Source: Botryllus schlosseri (lineage: Eukaryota). Taken from it: a DNA stretch of 64,000 bases. Each line of letters begins with the position of its first letter. Position 1 is the first letter of the stretch. This document shows positions 23,401 through 38,400 of this stretch, in pieces. Under the pieces are notes generated by a model. It was not told where the DNA came from. It was given only the letters and a program-made list of their open reading frames with translations, and searched no databases. The stretch is from the NCBI GenBank assembly GCA_051294905.1, contig CM119374.1:20832001-20896000 (forward strand), given 5' to 3'. The position numbers were made by a program, and so were the translations under genes.

Positions 23401-26400
23401 TTGGGTTTGACAATAATACCTTTGACCAGCTCTGTACAAGAAGATAATACGCGCTATCCCATCAATACCAATGCGCTATTCGTTAATACCTGAATCCAAC
23501 CGAGCAACTGCAACTGAATCCACCGACGCTGTTGTGACAAGTCTGGTTTTCTCCACAACTGCTCTCATCCAGACATTCATCAATATCGGAGCATGTCGTG
23601 CCAGTTCCCGAGTATCCCGAGTCACAAATGCAGTTGAAAGACCCTGGTACGTTTTGACAAGTCGCTACATCTGGGCACGCAGTGGCCACGTTGCATTCGT
23701 TAATATCCTCACAAGCAGACGAGTCTGAATTTTCCTGATAACCACCGGCACAGCCGCATGAATAAGATCCGGGAAGGTTCTGACAGATTTCGTTGCTTTC
23801 GCAGATAGTCAAATTCGTGCATTCGTCGATATCGCCGCATACGGTGCCGTCACCGGAATATCCGTTATCGCACACGCACGCGTACGATCCAACGTTGTTA
23901 TTACATGAAGAGTTTTCTGCGCATGACGCTGATACACATTCGTCGATATCTTTGCAAGAATCAGTGGTATCGTTAAATTCAAATCCGGATTCGCAACTAC
24001 ACAAGTAGCTTCCTTCGTTGTTGGTACATGTCGCGTTACCGCACACGCTAGGAGTGTCGCATTCGTTTATATCAGTGCAACTTATGCCGGTTCTCGTGTA
24101 TCCTGTGTTGCATGCGCATATGTATGATCCAGCTGTGTTGGTGCATGAGGCTTGCGTGTCGCAAGGGGATGCGTCACATTCGTCGATGTCGGAACATTCA
24201 AGACCTTGAAAAAATCATGTTTTATTAACACTGTTGCTGATGCACAGTAAATATTGTGGATCAGCATCCAATCGTAATGTATTAGATGTTTAACATGATA
24301 TATTTTTGTTTTTGTGACTAGGCAGAAATTTGGAGTACTTTGAAGGCTTATAGATTAGCGTAACGGTTTGCCGGGTTTGTGAAGAAAAAGAACAACTGAC
24401 AAAATCCACTGGCATTTGAGAACAGGTGGTCAGAAACGAAGTAGGTTTACTTTTTTTGAAGTACTCTAGCAGGTTATGCCTGCTTGCACTACTTCTCCAA
24501 GGGGTTCTGATATAAGACTACTACTTCCATTTCCACGATGCTACGTTTACTTTTACTTGAGTACTGACAATGACAATGGCAATCATCGCTTTATCAAATA
24601 TGCCGGACCTGAAGTGTGGAACACTATCTTGCCAACCATCCCGTAGTCATCGAGCACGTCCACATTGAAGTTGAAATACAAGCGGTTACTACTCAATGAA
24701 TGCTAGTTAGCCCTCAAAAGTTTACCAGACTGCAACCTGACATATCGATCTTGCCTTCCGTGACATGCCACCTAATTTTGTCGCATGTCTTTTTATATTA
24801 TTTTCTATTATTATTCATTCAGTGTGTATGCCTTGAGATAACACAAAAGAATTTTTTTCACACCAGTGACCGTGCTAAATCTGCCAATGCTCTTTCTATG
24901 GAATCCGACAAGTTTCAGGACAACCGCGGATTATACTGCTATAAAACTTGAAACAATCTTTATGCTAATAGTGATCAAGGCGGAGACTGCTCTTTGCAGA
25001 CCAAAATTCAAATACGTACCATCCCCAGTGTAGCCAGAATTGCAGCTACACTCGAACGATGCATCAGTATCTGCACACGACGCATTACCATCACATACAC
25101 TTGGCATATTCAAACATTCGTTGATATCTGTAATATACAATGACCATGATGAAAAAGGGCTTGTTTCAGGATGCTTGCTCAAGATCACCACAAAATCAAA
25201 ACATTTCCTCCGAACAGATTGTACATGCAAATTTGTGCTTTGAATATGTGCATCAAGATTTTCTTATCAACGTGACAACAATGTAAGATACGCATGCAAA
25301 TAAATGCTGGTGATAAGATTATAATCTGCATACATACATTATTATAATCTGTAATATAATAATACGTATTGATATACAGTTCTTTTGAATTCTGTGTTAG
25401 TTGCTGATGATTACCCCTGACAAGTGTCAGCTGAAAAATATTCAGCTTCATTTCAATATGAATATATTATACAATTGTATATTGCTAAATCGCAATGTAT
25501 CCAGTTGACACTCTGCCTATCTCCCTACAAACCACTACTCTTCAAATCAGAGCCAGGGGCATCATGGTCATGCCACACATAACCTCTAGCATTTACTTTC
25601 CTCAAGGCCTCATCAGCTTCCCGTATCTGAAACACTTCAACAAGGACGAGATCCCGATAAGCATGAATGTCCCAGTTATATGATCAGTTCACAGAAATAT
25701 GGTATGTAGGTATTTTGAACATCTTACTTGTAGTTAACGGTTGACTGGTGTTGAAATCCGCTTTGCTGGCAGCGGTGCCATCGAACGCTGCTATCAAGTC
25801 AGTCTCGTTACTGATTGGGTCGCTGACCGTAGTATTGACTCTGCAGAAAATTCACAAAGAAACAATGTATATTTCAGAGTAACCATGTCCGGCGAATATA
25901 ATACAACATATTTTAATATGTATGCATTTTGTCGGTACCATTGATTTCCTGACAGTTTCAGCGAATTGTTCTGCATGAAATGAAGAAGAGCATTTTGACA
26001 TTTTGATGTCAATCTCAAGTAAGCATAAGCACCGCGGTTGTCTGAGACAGGGATTTTCAATGAGTCGGTCCTCCAGGGTGGGTCAAAGGGTAGTTTCAAT
26101 TAATTAATTAATAAGTATTGCATCTGTATAATAATGAGCTTGAGAATTTGTTCAATTTTTCAACTGCTTCTACATTGTCACATAATGACTGTGAATCCCA
26201 CGAATCACAAAAATACAAAAGTTTTTTGGGTAATCGGACGGAAATTTCTGAAAATAGCAGTCAAATATGACAATTGCGCACTATCGTAGCGCAGTGAAAC
26301 ATTTTGCTATCAACGCCGTATGAGGATTGCATCGCAATACTTTGACAAGACTCTAGTCGCAGAAGTTTAATTGATGTTCAATTTGCTCTGTATCATTTTG

Positions 26401-29400
26401 TGCAATAAAACAGCAATTATTGATTTCGATTCACCACAGAATTACATTTTCACATAAGGCTTGGGAAGCAAAGGCTCGAAGCAAAATTTTTGCGTGGTGA
26501 CATTAAGTATTTGCGGACCCTTTGGGACCAAGATGCCGATTAGACGTGACATAGCATTGATACTTTACGATCTAGTTCAAATGACCTGGCAATGACGCTG
26601 CCTTGAAAGAATCCGATGACTGTAATTTCCACGATGCCGCTGACTCCCGCGAAGATGTTGGTTAGCGCAGTCACCACAGTCTGGCTGTAGTCTTTGTAAA
26701 GCTGCGACGACGTATCTCTCAATTCAACCGAGAAAGAGAAATCCGAGCTCAGAGCGAATTCGAGTGTGAATATGTTGGCTGGGTCTGAAATGAGAAATGC
26801 ATTGGCTAAGCCTTTGTATTTAAGTCGAAGCAACATCATAAATTTTTACTTCAGTACAAGTAGAAATAGCAATTTTCAAGACATGTTGAAGTTACTTCAA
26901 ATGTAAGCATGAAATCAAGGTATGAAAAGTATTACACTTTGATAAACCACGCAAGAAATAATCCACACTAACCCGCTAACCCAACATTAACTCACAATCC
27001 CAAACCTTAACCCTAGCCCGGATGTGCAGTAACACGCCATGTCTAAAAGACTGACATTCAAGGTGTCTCCAGCACACATCTATTTTGGCCAATGATTTCA
27101 GCAAGGGGTATAAATTCACCTACTCAAATCACGCACCTGCAGCAACAGTCATGTAGGCAGGATCTCCCAGTTGCCCTTCCGAATTCACAGCCTGTATCGT
27201 GTAATTGTACGTAGTGCCGAGAACGGTCGGGACTATAGCTGGCGAATTTGTGTAGCTGTACATCTGACCGTTGGCGGTGATATTGTAGGATACCGCGTTA
27301 GGTACGGCGTCCCACGAAAGCTGAATTCTCTGATCCTGGGCGTTTGATACTCGTGCAAAATTGGCCGGTGCCGAAGTCACTAAACAGAAAATAAAATTCC
27401 CGGTTATTCAACAAATTTTTGTCAATATATCCATGAGCCAAGTAAGCAAATGTATATTTCAGGGTTCTGCCCATTCTTCTAGCCAACTTATGATTACGGT
27501 ACCTCAAACGTATCACACTATAAGTTATATAAGAAGTTGATTTCGCAGGCTGCACAGCCTTCAGAATTAGCACTTCGGGGGCCGCACAATATTTGTCTGT
27601 ACGCTGCTTTCGCCAATGAGCTGCAGCTCTCATCAAGCAAACATGTAAATTCGGTGACAATTCGTTGACAATCGATTAACGAAACAGAAGCACACAATAT
27701 AATAAGAAAAAATGAAGACCATAAGTCGGTATTCAAGAAAAACACAGCACCAAATAGCAATCATACATAGAAAATAAAACTTACATATTGTCACGCCTTG
27801 TGTTACATCCCCAGAGCTTTGGCCCACATAAACATATTTCACAATCACCCGTACAGTGTAGCGCGCTCCAGATGAGAGTCCGGATATGGTCGTCGAGGTG
27901 TTTGTTGTTGACGTTACAGTACCATCTTATCAAAATAAATATTATTTGCTATCAAATGTCTGTAATTACAGTTACTTCAAGCAGCATCAATACTTTCAGC
28001 ATGTGATGCACTCTAGAAAAATTCCATCTTAAAATTATATATTTGTAATATTTCGACACAGTTAAACAAACTATAGTTTGGCACGTCATTTTGTGTGGCA
28101 TTGTTCAAAAGTTCGAAGCTGCAATTTCACATTAAAGTGAATCTAATAAAGACACATATCCAAAATATATATATTTTATGGAAGATTCGGTGTGTAGGGT
28201 ATTTCTATATAAAGAAATCTAGCAGTTTCTTCAGCATTGACGGATTTGAATGACGGTTTTAAAATCTTCCAATATTGAGAAGCATTATAATTTCTTACCC
28301 GGAGAAACTTCAATCTCAAAGCTTTCTCTATCGTTGACGTCCGTTATGGTGATGTCAAAACCGCTGGACGTTGTACCGGATATTACAAAGGTGGGTCCAG
28401 ATGATATCACTAAAATTGTTGTTATGCATGTTCACTTTTTCAGGTCAGACAGCTTTCACATAGTACAGGGGTCGGCAACCTTTTGCTAGTCGCGGGCCAA
28501 ATTTCGGGTGTACAACTTTTTGGCGGGCCAGAATTTTTCTTAGTACTATATTTTACACTCACTTCGGTATATTATCCTACATTGCTGCAATCTCAATCAT
28601 ACCAATCAGAAGACATATGTATTTACACTTCAACAACACAGAATAAATGTGACAATTGACGCAGCTTGCTTTGTGAAAGGTTTTCACTTTCTGGTAACAA
28701 GTCAGATGAAACAAGAATTGGACCCTATTCAAAATGGACATCCGAAATACGTGATCTTAGCTTGCTCTTCTTGAATTTCATTGTTCAAAACTATTGTTCA
28801 CATGCGTACGTGCTTCCAAAAATCGATGCAATTTCTTTTGCATTGTTGGTCAAGCTGGGATAAAGACCAATTTCAAGAACGTACGCTTTGTCAAAGTCAT
28901 GCAGCGATATGCTCTTTGTATGATATTTGTCATTCAATTCAACTGCATCGCATTTCAGAAAGGCCCATTTGAAATTTTCAGGCAATGGTATTGGCTTCCA
29001 CATTAAACAGAGTACTGAATAGTCAGAATTCATTTTGTAGAGAAGGATTGTCGGAAAGCGGGTGAATATTCAGTAGTTAAATTTCGTATCACAGTTACAA
29101 ATGTAGTGTTGGTACTAGGTTTTCTTTCCTCCAGTATAGGAAAGTGAGCATAATTTTCTTTGTACTGTTGACATTTCCAGAGTCAAAGATTTGTTTTGAA
29201 TGCGCCTCAACATCGCATGTATTTAGTTGTTTTCCCCCTGAAGTTGCAAATTCCATTTGTTCAGATGTGACGTTAAATGTACCAGGAAAGCAAGATGAGA
29301 TACCCATTTTTGATTACAAGATTGAGTCGACGATATTTGTATTTTCGAGGAAAGTTGCTATTTCATTTCTCAGTTCATACGCTCGTGTAAGCATAGCTGC

Positions 29401-32400
29401 TCGACTTAATGCACGAACATGACAGATATAGGCCAACATGACATCGCCATATTGATTCTCTGCTTCTAGTAATATCTGGCGTAACTAATTCAGTTAATGA
29501 GACAAAAATCATATTAACAGTTTTCACCATTGTGGCCAAAACACTATTCAGGTTTTTTGTCTTGGCACACAATGCCTTCTGGAAAATTAAACTATAGACA
29601 AGCTAACTAACATATGGAGGCTAGTTAGTAGTTATCTATAATTGAACCGTTTGAGATTCCGTCATTGCGTCTGAGATGTTCCAAGCGTTGTTGAAGCAAA
29701 GGAAGAACACCTTTATTGTCACACCCCATTAGAGTGGTAAACCCTTTAAAGAAGTATGGAACACCTTCGGTTGCGAGATACACCCGATTGATAAGCACTG
29801 ATCCAGTCCAGTCTATCTCCATCTCCTACTTCAACCACCTTCGTTTTATGGCGTAACAATAGACTAATACGACGTAGGCTACTATTATATCGTAGCAATG
29901 CCGCATTTTTTTCATGCAGTGCTGCACTGCAGATTGAAACTCATTATGAAACGGCGGGCTGTATTCTTGTGATGACTATAATTATTATGTCGCGGGCCGG
30001 ACGATTTCGCTTGGCGGGCCGGATACGGCCCGCGGGCCGTAGGTTGCCGACCCTTGACATAGTACTATGTATGCAGTGTATACCAAAACAGTTGTTCGGA
30101 TAAAGATGAGATTAGAGTAAACGAAAAAGTTCAAACTGGTGACATATTCTCGAACCCCTTTCATCTAGCACTAATTGGAAAAGAAATACTTCAATTCAAA
30201 GTAGACATTATGAATCTACCGAGCGATATAGCTCATATTTTTTGCGGAAAATAGTTTCAATATCTCACGTCCCAAGGCATAACTGGTCATCTTGCGTTAG
30301 TCAAGCACAACTATTCTCAAACTATTCTCACTATTAGTTTGACGGGTGCCTTTATCTGGATAACATTTTACATATAAACTAGGAAACATTTACAATTTTC
30401 ATCGATAATTTGAGCATCACTGAATAAATTACAAACCTGTGGAATACGACGTGTTGCCTTGCGAAGAGCCAGCTGAATTCTGGGCACTGACTCTGATGTC
30501 ATACATCGTGCCAGGATCCAGGCTTTGGAGCAAACCACTGTTTTTGGAGGTAGTTATACTCAAGTAAACAGCATCGGATTGCTTCTTGTATTGGATGAGA
30601 TAATCGTCAGCACCTTCGACTGCAGGCCAGACCAGCAACAACATGTCAGTCGTCCTGTTTGTCAATGTGAGAGTTGGAGCGCTTGGTACTGTAAGAGATA
30701 TTTGTGTTGAAACAAGATATTAGCTAGGTATCAGTATACTAATAGTTTCAGTTGTCCAAATAAAACTTATCAACTGAGCCATTTTATGAATCGGAACCAC
30801 ACAAAGATTTGGAACACTTATCTGTAGGGCGAGTTTTTGCAGCTTTTCCAACTTTTTTACAGCTTCCGACAGCTTCCTAAATACTCAGAAGTTATGTAGT
30901 ATGGTGTTTTAAGCTGTTTGGAGGAATCTTATATTGCATCTTTTTGCAACTTCTTTCCATTTTTCATGCAAATTTTTGTGACTTTTTCGATTTTTCATGC
31001 AGCGAACATTTTACTGGAAATATTTGGCACTATATGTGACTAGATCGCTTGATTATTTCACTGCCGTTTAAATTTGAGGTCTATTCTGATTTGACATACA
31101 TTCAGGCTAGACCGTCGAAAATGATATTTTCACTGCGTCAATGTTTTCAGGCTATTGATTTTGTTGAAGTCGCCAACGCTGAGGTTTGCTACAGTGCCTT
31201 GGATACGGATCGATTCAAGTATCTCATTCCCTCATAATTTCAAGGAACTTGTCCGTAAATGCAACTTTTGTGAAAAATAAGTGCAACTCTCAACGGATTT
31301 GACTGCAACAAAAACTTGCCCAACTTATCTGGTAAGTGTTGGCAGCTTACCAATATAGTTAAAACGGCGTTCAGAGGTAATAAGTCCCTTCTACTTGAGG
31401 GGTAACATTGCCCAATGACCAGCTATGTAAGCCTGGCACAGTATACACACCTATAACGAAAAGGTGTAATAATATACATAATGTCAAACATGTGTTACAT
31501 AACATTTCACCCCACATATTATTATCTCCTTAAAACACAAAGCTAATCCTGACCTGTAATCTGAATCTTCGAAGTCTTGGCGCTGTTGTCCTGAATGCCA
31601 ACCGTGGCCAGCATGATTGTGTAATTGGTCCCTGGCGATAAATTTGGTATTGTCACCGACTCGGTCCTGACTATTTGGTCGTCCGGACTGAAATTCGTGC
31701 TGTCGTTGGTACGGATGACTTCGATCACGTATCCTATCGCGCTCGGCACTTTTTCCCAAGTCACCGAGATCGAATTGGCGGTGACTTCGGAAATTTGGAA
31801 ATCAGGTGCCAATGGTCCTGGAAATATATTTGAAGCTGATTATGGTGAAAATTATCGAAAATCCTGTACATGAGCTGTAGTAGAGGGTTGCCAGTGGCGA
31901 AATTGGCAGCAATAATCTATTAACTATTATTATTATTATTATTATGAAAGAGGTACATCAATATATTGTATTAATTAATTGTAAAATGTTTCACTGAAAA
32001 TGAGCGTGAAATGTCATATACAGAACCCTGCACTTGGTATCTATGCATTAATATACTTGAGTAAGGGGTAATGGAGATGCGTTAGATTAGAATTACAATA
32101 AGTGTTGCCAAGGGCCGAATTCACCAGTAACCAACAAAAGTTTTAAAGAAGGTAGGAAGCAAGGAAATTTCATTTTCCTTTGGTATCGAGATGCTTGGAC
32201 GCAAAGTTAGCGAGATAGCATCAATATTTCCCCAAGTCCACGCTATCCAGGAGTGCCGAGTGCCTAACTGAGAAGCTTTACAAATGAGTCTTTGGTCTGA
32301 CCAAGTCAGGAACGATATCTTATCGGTAACATAATAATATAATAACATAATCAATAACAATATTAAGACACACAAAATGCACAATGCGATAAACAAGACA

Positions 32401-35400
32401 CAATGAGATGTAAACATAGGGACTATCGAGTAGAACCGAGCGCGATGCCGTAATCGATTGGTATCACACCGATACAAGACGAGGTACTCAAGATAGGCAC
32501 CAAGCATCAAACATCGATAAGACAGAAACTAGCTCATGGGCCTACCTCTTTTACATGTTTTCCGCAATTACAAGGTAATATCAATATGTGTGCACTATGG
32601 CTCATGCAAGTATACAATTGACATTGAACACTGCAGAGAATATGACACACAATGCGCACAATGTGACACGATAGCAAGCATACAAACAGAGATTCAAATA
32701 AAAACAATATGCCAAACATGAAAAGAATTTGGCGGTACAAATAGCTACGCGGTAGTCATGAACAAGCGTGAATTCTAAATGGACAATGGACGGAGAGACG
32801 GTAGACAGTCACATGGCAGTATGTGCATTGCACGTAATCGACTTACTCGTACAAATATCAGTGCCTCGTATGATGGAGCTCTCTCCGAAACTATTGACCG
32901 ACGTTATTTCAATGGTGAAACATGTACCGCTTGGAAGATTAGTCAACGTAGTCGCGTTCGCAGTGGAATTGACAGTCTTTGTGAATCCCGAAGGCCTAAT
33001 CAGAAATGCTTGATTACTCTCAAAGTCCTAATACACTTTGGTAGCGAAAAAATACCCGATAACTGTCACATTATAATAGTCAGCGCCGGCGGCAGTAGCC
33101 CAGACGATTGAAATGGATGTGTCTCCCCGCTCTGTTGCAGTGGGTATGGTCGCGTTTGCCGGAGCTGAAATCGGAATAATCGATTGTGATGTAGTATTCC
33201 AAAATGCGATTGCAACTTGCGATTTTTTCTACATAATGGTGTTTCACCTCTAATTTACAGATTCATTAAGGAAAAATTATTGATTGCGGGGATGAAACTA
33301 AATTCTGTTGATGATGAATTTTGAACTAATATAGGTGTTGGTTCAACACCGTGAACACCTCCATTTCATCTCTCATCCATTGCCTGGTACCGCACATCCC
33401 AAGGCTTGAAAACGAATCTTAAAACACCGAGTTTTTCATTGACTCCACACCAATACACTCCACTTCAGGGTTATGGAGTCGAAGTTGGAACTACAATGAA
33501 TTATCTCATATTGGGTCCATAGTAATAGAAATATTGCAACACCTTTTGGAGTCAGAGTCAGTTAAATGCTTTTGACAACACCTCCCACTAATATAAAATC
33601 AAGCAAAACGCTATGAAATATCTCTAAAAGTGCCAATTGTAAAGAAATTGAGATAATACAGGTTAAATATATTGAAATGGGTTCCTTTTCACGACAGAGG
33701 CATTACCGAAATCTTTGCAACTGTTATTAGTATCATTATGGAAAAAGTATGCATAAAGTTTCGAATAGCAGCAACCAGAGAAGTAATGACTCGAGTCATG
33801 ACTCAACCTGAGTAAAAATTTTTCATTGTCTTGAGTCAATTTGTGTGTTGACTCGATTTGTACGCGAGTCATTGCTTGATTAAGTCTCGTATGTCAGGAT
33901 ACTTGAAAAATTAGCCTAGAAACTGTCTCTTATCTATTTTAATAAACATGTTAAGAGTGAGAAAAATGTGTAGATTATGAATGCGAGGCCTTTAATATCA
34001 CCCAAGAGTATGACAAAAGTGAGTTGAACCTGCCTTGAATTCGATAATGAAGGGTAGACATGATGACCTGGACTCAACCCTATGACTCGGACTCGAACCA
34101 TTGCTCACTGTCTTGGACTCGGACTTGATTTAACAATGAATTGAAGATGACTCGACTTGACTCGAGTCAAAACCATAAACGTAAAATTGACCTGTGACTC
34201 GGAACCTTGAGCTTGGTTATCTGCTCAAAATACGTAGCAAGAAAAATGGTTTGAAACAACTCACCTGTTTCGAATGACAACGATCGCGCTTCGCTGAATT
34301 GCTGTACACCCTGTCCTTCTTTCACTGATATTGCGACGACAGTAGCATTGTAAGCGACTCCTGGTGTTTTTGAATTGAATTCAACGGTAGGCGAGGCGAC
34401 GTTTCTTAAAATAACGCAAGCTGCCAAATATAGTTCCATAGCTATGATCAACTCATACTGAGTTTTACTCTTACTGAGTTTCAGACGTCGCGCCGTCAGT
34501 CACGGTGACATTGTAGCTGTCTGCGCCAATCACGGATTCCCACAACAGTCTGAACCAAGTTTGAGGCACGGGCGTGGTGATGTTGATTACACTTACGGCA
34601 GACGGTACTGGTAAAAAAAATTGGATTCGGGATAATGCTAGGAAGTCACACAGCTTCGCAAAAGATTGATAACATTGGTCGACATGATTTTTGTTTTCTG
34701 ACCAAAATGACGGCTATTGAGTCAATTTACGCACGCTGATTACGAATATGAAGCTGCTTTTTTTCTCTCACGTCAAGATTTTTCATAATATGTGATTTAA
34801 AATTTTGCATTTGAGTGCTAAAACAGCCTGTTCTGTGACGTATTACTTGTTATTTGGTCATAGCTATCACCATTGTGACGTCATCAGAGATGGTCAAAGT
34901 ACTTACCATAGGTACTCAAGTAGAAGAAGTAACGTCGTCAATTTCTACTCAAGTAGAAGAAAAAGTAACTTTTTATAAGTATGTAAAAAAATAATTATCT
35001 AGGCCTAGTTTTTCATATCAGTATCAATTTAATAATATTTTCTTCCTTTCAAATCGTCACAAGACTGTGATACAATGAAAAGATAGCAAGGCGTCGAAAC
35101 GACTTCGAGTAGTCTTTGAAATCAGACATCAGAAAACTGAAATCAGACCGGGGCCTAGGCGATGTAAAGAAGAGGTATGCACAGTACAATGAATGAATAA
35201 TAAAGGGACATTGAGTCTGCGAGGCATTTGAAAACAAAAATATTTACCATTTGGTGTGCCAAGATGGTTTGGAGAGAGCCACATGGACATGGAAAAGATT
35301 GTTACTTTTGCTCGTGATTTTTTATTTATTTAATGTTAAAAATCAGCATAAAATTCAATATCCAATTTGACTTGCGCAATACGACCGATTTCTCATGGGC

Positions 35401-38400
35401 CAGATGTTACAATTCCATTGCCTTCAAAAGTTTTACCAGCAGTTGAAGAAGATTCTCTCGGTGAGGACTCTTTGTCTGAAGAATGTTCTCAGCGTGTGTG
35501 TGATGGTGATCAGCAGCTATATAAAGTTGAATCAAGCTGAACTAAATAACTGTGTCATAAATTTGAATTTGCCAAATGAATCTTCTCTTACTGTATGTTC
35601 TGGATTGAAAGCCAAACATATAGCCTACTTGGCACTGTTACGCTTTTTGCTTGGTATATACATCGTGATAGTGAACACACACTCTTCCTTACCGACGAAC
35701 CTTCTTTAGTCTATTGTGTCGATGTTTAAGGTCTCATAGAGACATTGGGAACCGTGAATTGTAGCCTCTTTATTTATGCATCCAGCCTAAAAGCTGTTTT
35801 GTCGCACAATACAAATCAATGTGCTTCTATCCGTGTAGCTGGTACAACTGGCATCAAGGGGTCTTGCGAGAATATGAAACTTCTGATTTCAAATACTAAT
35901 ACTACTCAAACGCGTAAAGTTTCTGTTGATTTTGAACTCATAAATATGGTACAGGTTCAACGGTCTAGAACAGTGGTTCCCAACGTGGGCGATTTGGCGG
36001 TCTAGGGGGCGAAAATGACGAAGGGGGCGATAGGGGGGCGAAAATGGACAAAGGGGGCGACAGGGGGCGAAAATAGCGAAGGCGAGAGATAAGGGGGCGA
36101 TGACGCGTTAAAACGGCTATATCGGAGTCAAGTCGGTAGTCAACCGAAACCAAAAAGACCTTTTTTTTTTAGTCAACCCGCCAGTAATTACAGTTTGTAT
36201 TCCCATTTTTCGGTTCACAAAATTTGGGGGGGGCGATGATCGGTGTTGAACTTGAAAAGGGGGCGATGGGTCGAAAAAGGTTGGAGAACCCCTGGTCTAG
36301 AACTACAAGGTATCCTAGTTTTATGTGTGAATGGGACAGTAGAAATCATTGAATTTAACGTAAGTGGCCGATGAGGGAGTGTCTTACACTAGGCTTTAAA
36401 ATGTTTCAGAGCCTGCTCATATCGACAGATCTAATGTTGTATTTCCACCATTATATATTAAACTGTATCTCATGAAAAAGTTTTTAAAGGCTCTGATCAA
36501 AGAGAGAGCACGATCTAAATACATTAACGAAAGGTTTCCTCACTTGAGTTAATACAATAGAGGGTGTATTTGCTGGACCTCAAATCACAACACTCACCAA
36601 ATAACCCTATTTCTTATTAGGAAGGCAGATTTGGGAAAAATGCATGACTCTCTTTCATTGAAGTTGCATCTAAATTTCTTGGAAATACTAAGGATCCTGA
36701 TTATCTGGAGGGTTTTAGTTCTTGATAATCAAACCTCAAATCCAATAAAGTAAGCTGAGAGCTTTGGAGGATGTGTTTCGTGTCATATACGGACCTAAAC
36801 GGGCGTAAACGCCCATACAGCCTTATTTGAGTAAAATTCTCATTCGGTTTTTGCGAAAAATTGTAACGTGATGAGTGAATTCTGACGGCAAATTCGGAAT
36901 CAGCATCGTCAAATTAGGTAAACTCAATTAATCGTTCTAAAAAAAAAAAGTTGAAAAATGTCGATCAGTTTATTCCTATACCATCCCATATTTGCATTGC
37001 TTGTATTGTGCTAAGCAAATTGAAATTAAAGGCTTGACAAACTCACCAGTAATCTGCTTGACTTCAACACTGGAAGCGCTCCAACCACCGCCATTTCTCG
37101 CCCTGACCGAAACAGTGTAGACGTTGCCAGGGCTCAAGTTGTTATAAGTCCGTGACGTATCTCCAGTCGTGTCTGTTGACAGCGTGCCTGTGCTGGTTTT
37201 CAGTGTGATTTCATAACTGGTGGCTGTGGCGGATGCATCCCACAAAACTTCCAGCGAGTTGGTGTTGATATTTTGGAAGCTCACCCGGGTAGGTGAGTTG
37301 GGGGCTGGTAGAGAAAAGATGATATTGGATTACTTTTTTATTCGGAAATCACTACTTCCACTCGAGCAGAATATATGTTGTTACTCCTAATTCTACTTGA
37401 GTAACAGCAATAACTACTTTGACCATCTCTGACTCTTTGTTTGTAGATTTACAAACATAGTATTGGGCAGTTTGAACGTAAACAAAACCTTATTTAGTAG
37501 TACTGGTATGGTGTGTTTGTGAATTTACTCCAATGCAGTGTGACTGTTTAGAATTCTCAAAACACATAAAATTTAGTTAAAGTAGCAATTACATGGACAT
37601 GGCCATTGCTGAAATTAAATTTGTACTCACTGCTGCTTAATTATTTCACACCGAACACCCTATGTACAATTGGTCAACACATTTGATAGAATGAAGGTGA
37701 AACCATACCTGTCTGGAAAGATATTGTGTAAGGCATGCTCTCCTGCGTTACAGTCCTTGCGGCTGTGATTGCAACAATGGTCGCGTTGTACGTCATTCCA
37801 AAGTCTAGTTCAGTTCCAGCTGTCCATGATGTGCCACTGTTGATACGTATTGATCTCGTAAATAGATTTGAATGCTTTGAGAAACAGAGTTGGCAAAAAT
37901 AAAGGGTGATATTTCATAAGTTAAACATATCCGAAGACATTTTTAAGTCTCACCTATATGTAGTAAAGTCGTAGCGATTTTGAAGAGATGCCTGGACTAC
38001 TACAAAACTTTCAAATCTCATCATATATTACCCTCACCTATATTGCCAAGTGGCTTCAATAACAATAAAAACCTGTTCAGGCAGAAGTAGAGTAGAATGA
38101 AAACTTATTTTAGCAGCACCAGACCTCAATAATTGGGCACACACGTAGTATACTGGTATTGGAATAACAACTCCAAAAAATTAAAATTAGTACCTATTTA
38201 AAATTTTAAAATTTGTTATTCCTTGTTTCCCTTAACTGTCGGAGTATCCCCGATTAGAATGGTATTTGGTGAAATTAGTACATCATTTTTTTTCTATATT
38301 GAGCCCAACACCTTCAATTTAGAAAAAAAAGCTATCATCAGTACCTTTCCGATATGTCAGCCACACTGTTTTCGTTCTGCGTGATGCTGATTTGGTACAG

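Noticed and set aside
26965-27020. TAACCC-like units suggesting telomeric or Helentron sequence
   Set aside because: Only a few degenerate units; no supporting termini identified.
35990-36270. CRISPR-like array of short repeats
   Set aside because: Eukaryotic context, 8-bp motifs with irregular spacing inside a TSD-flanked hAT MITE, no cas genes.
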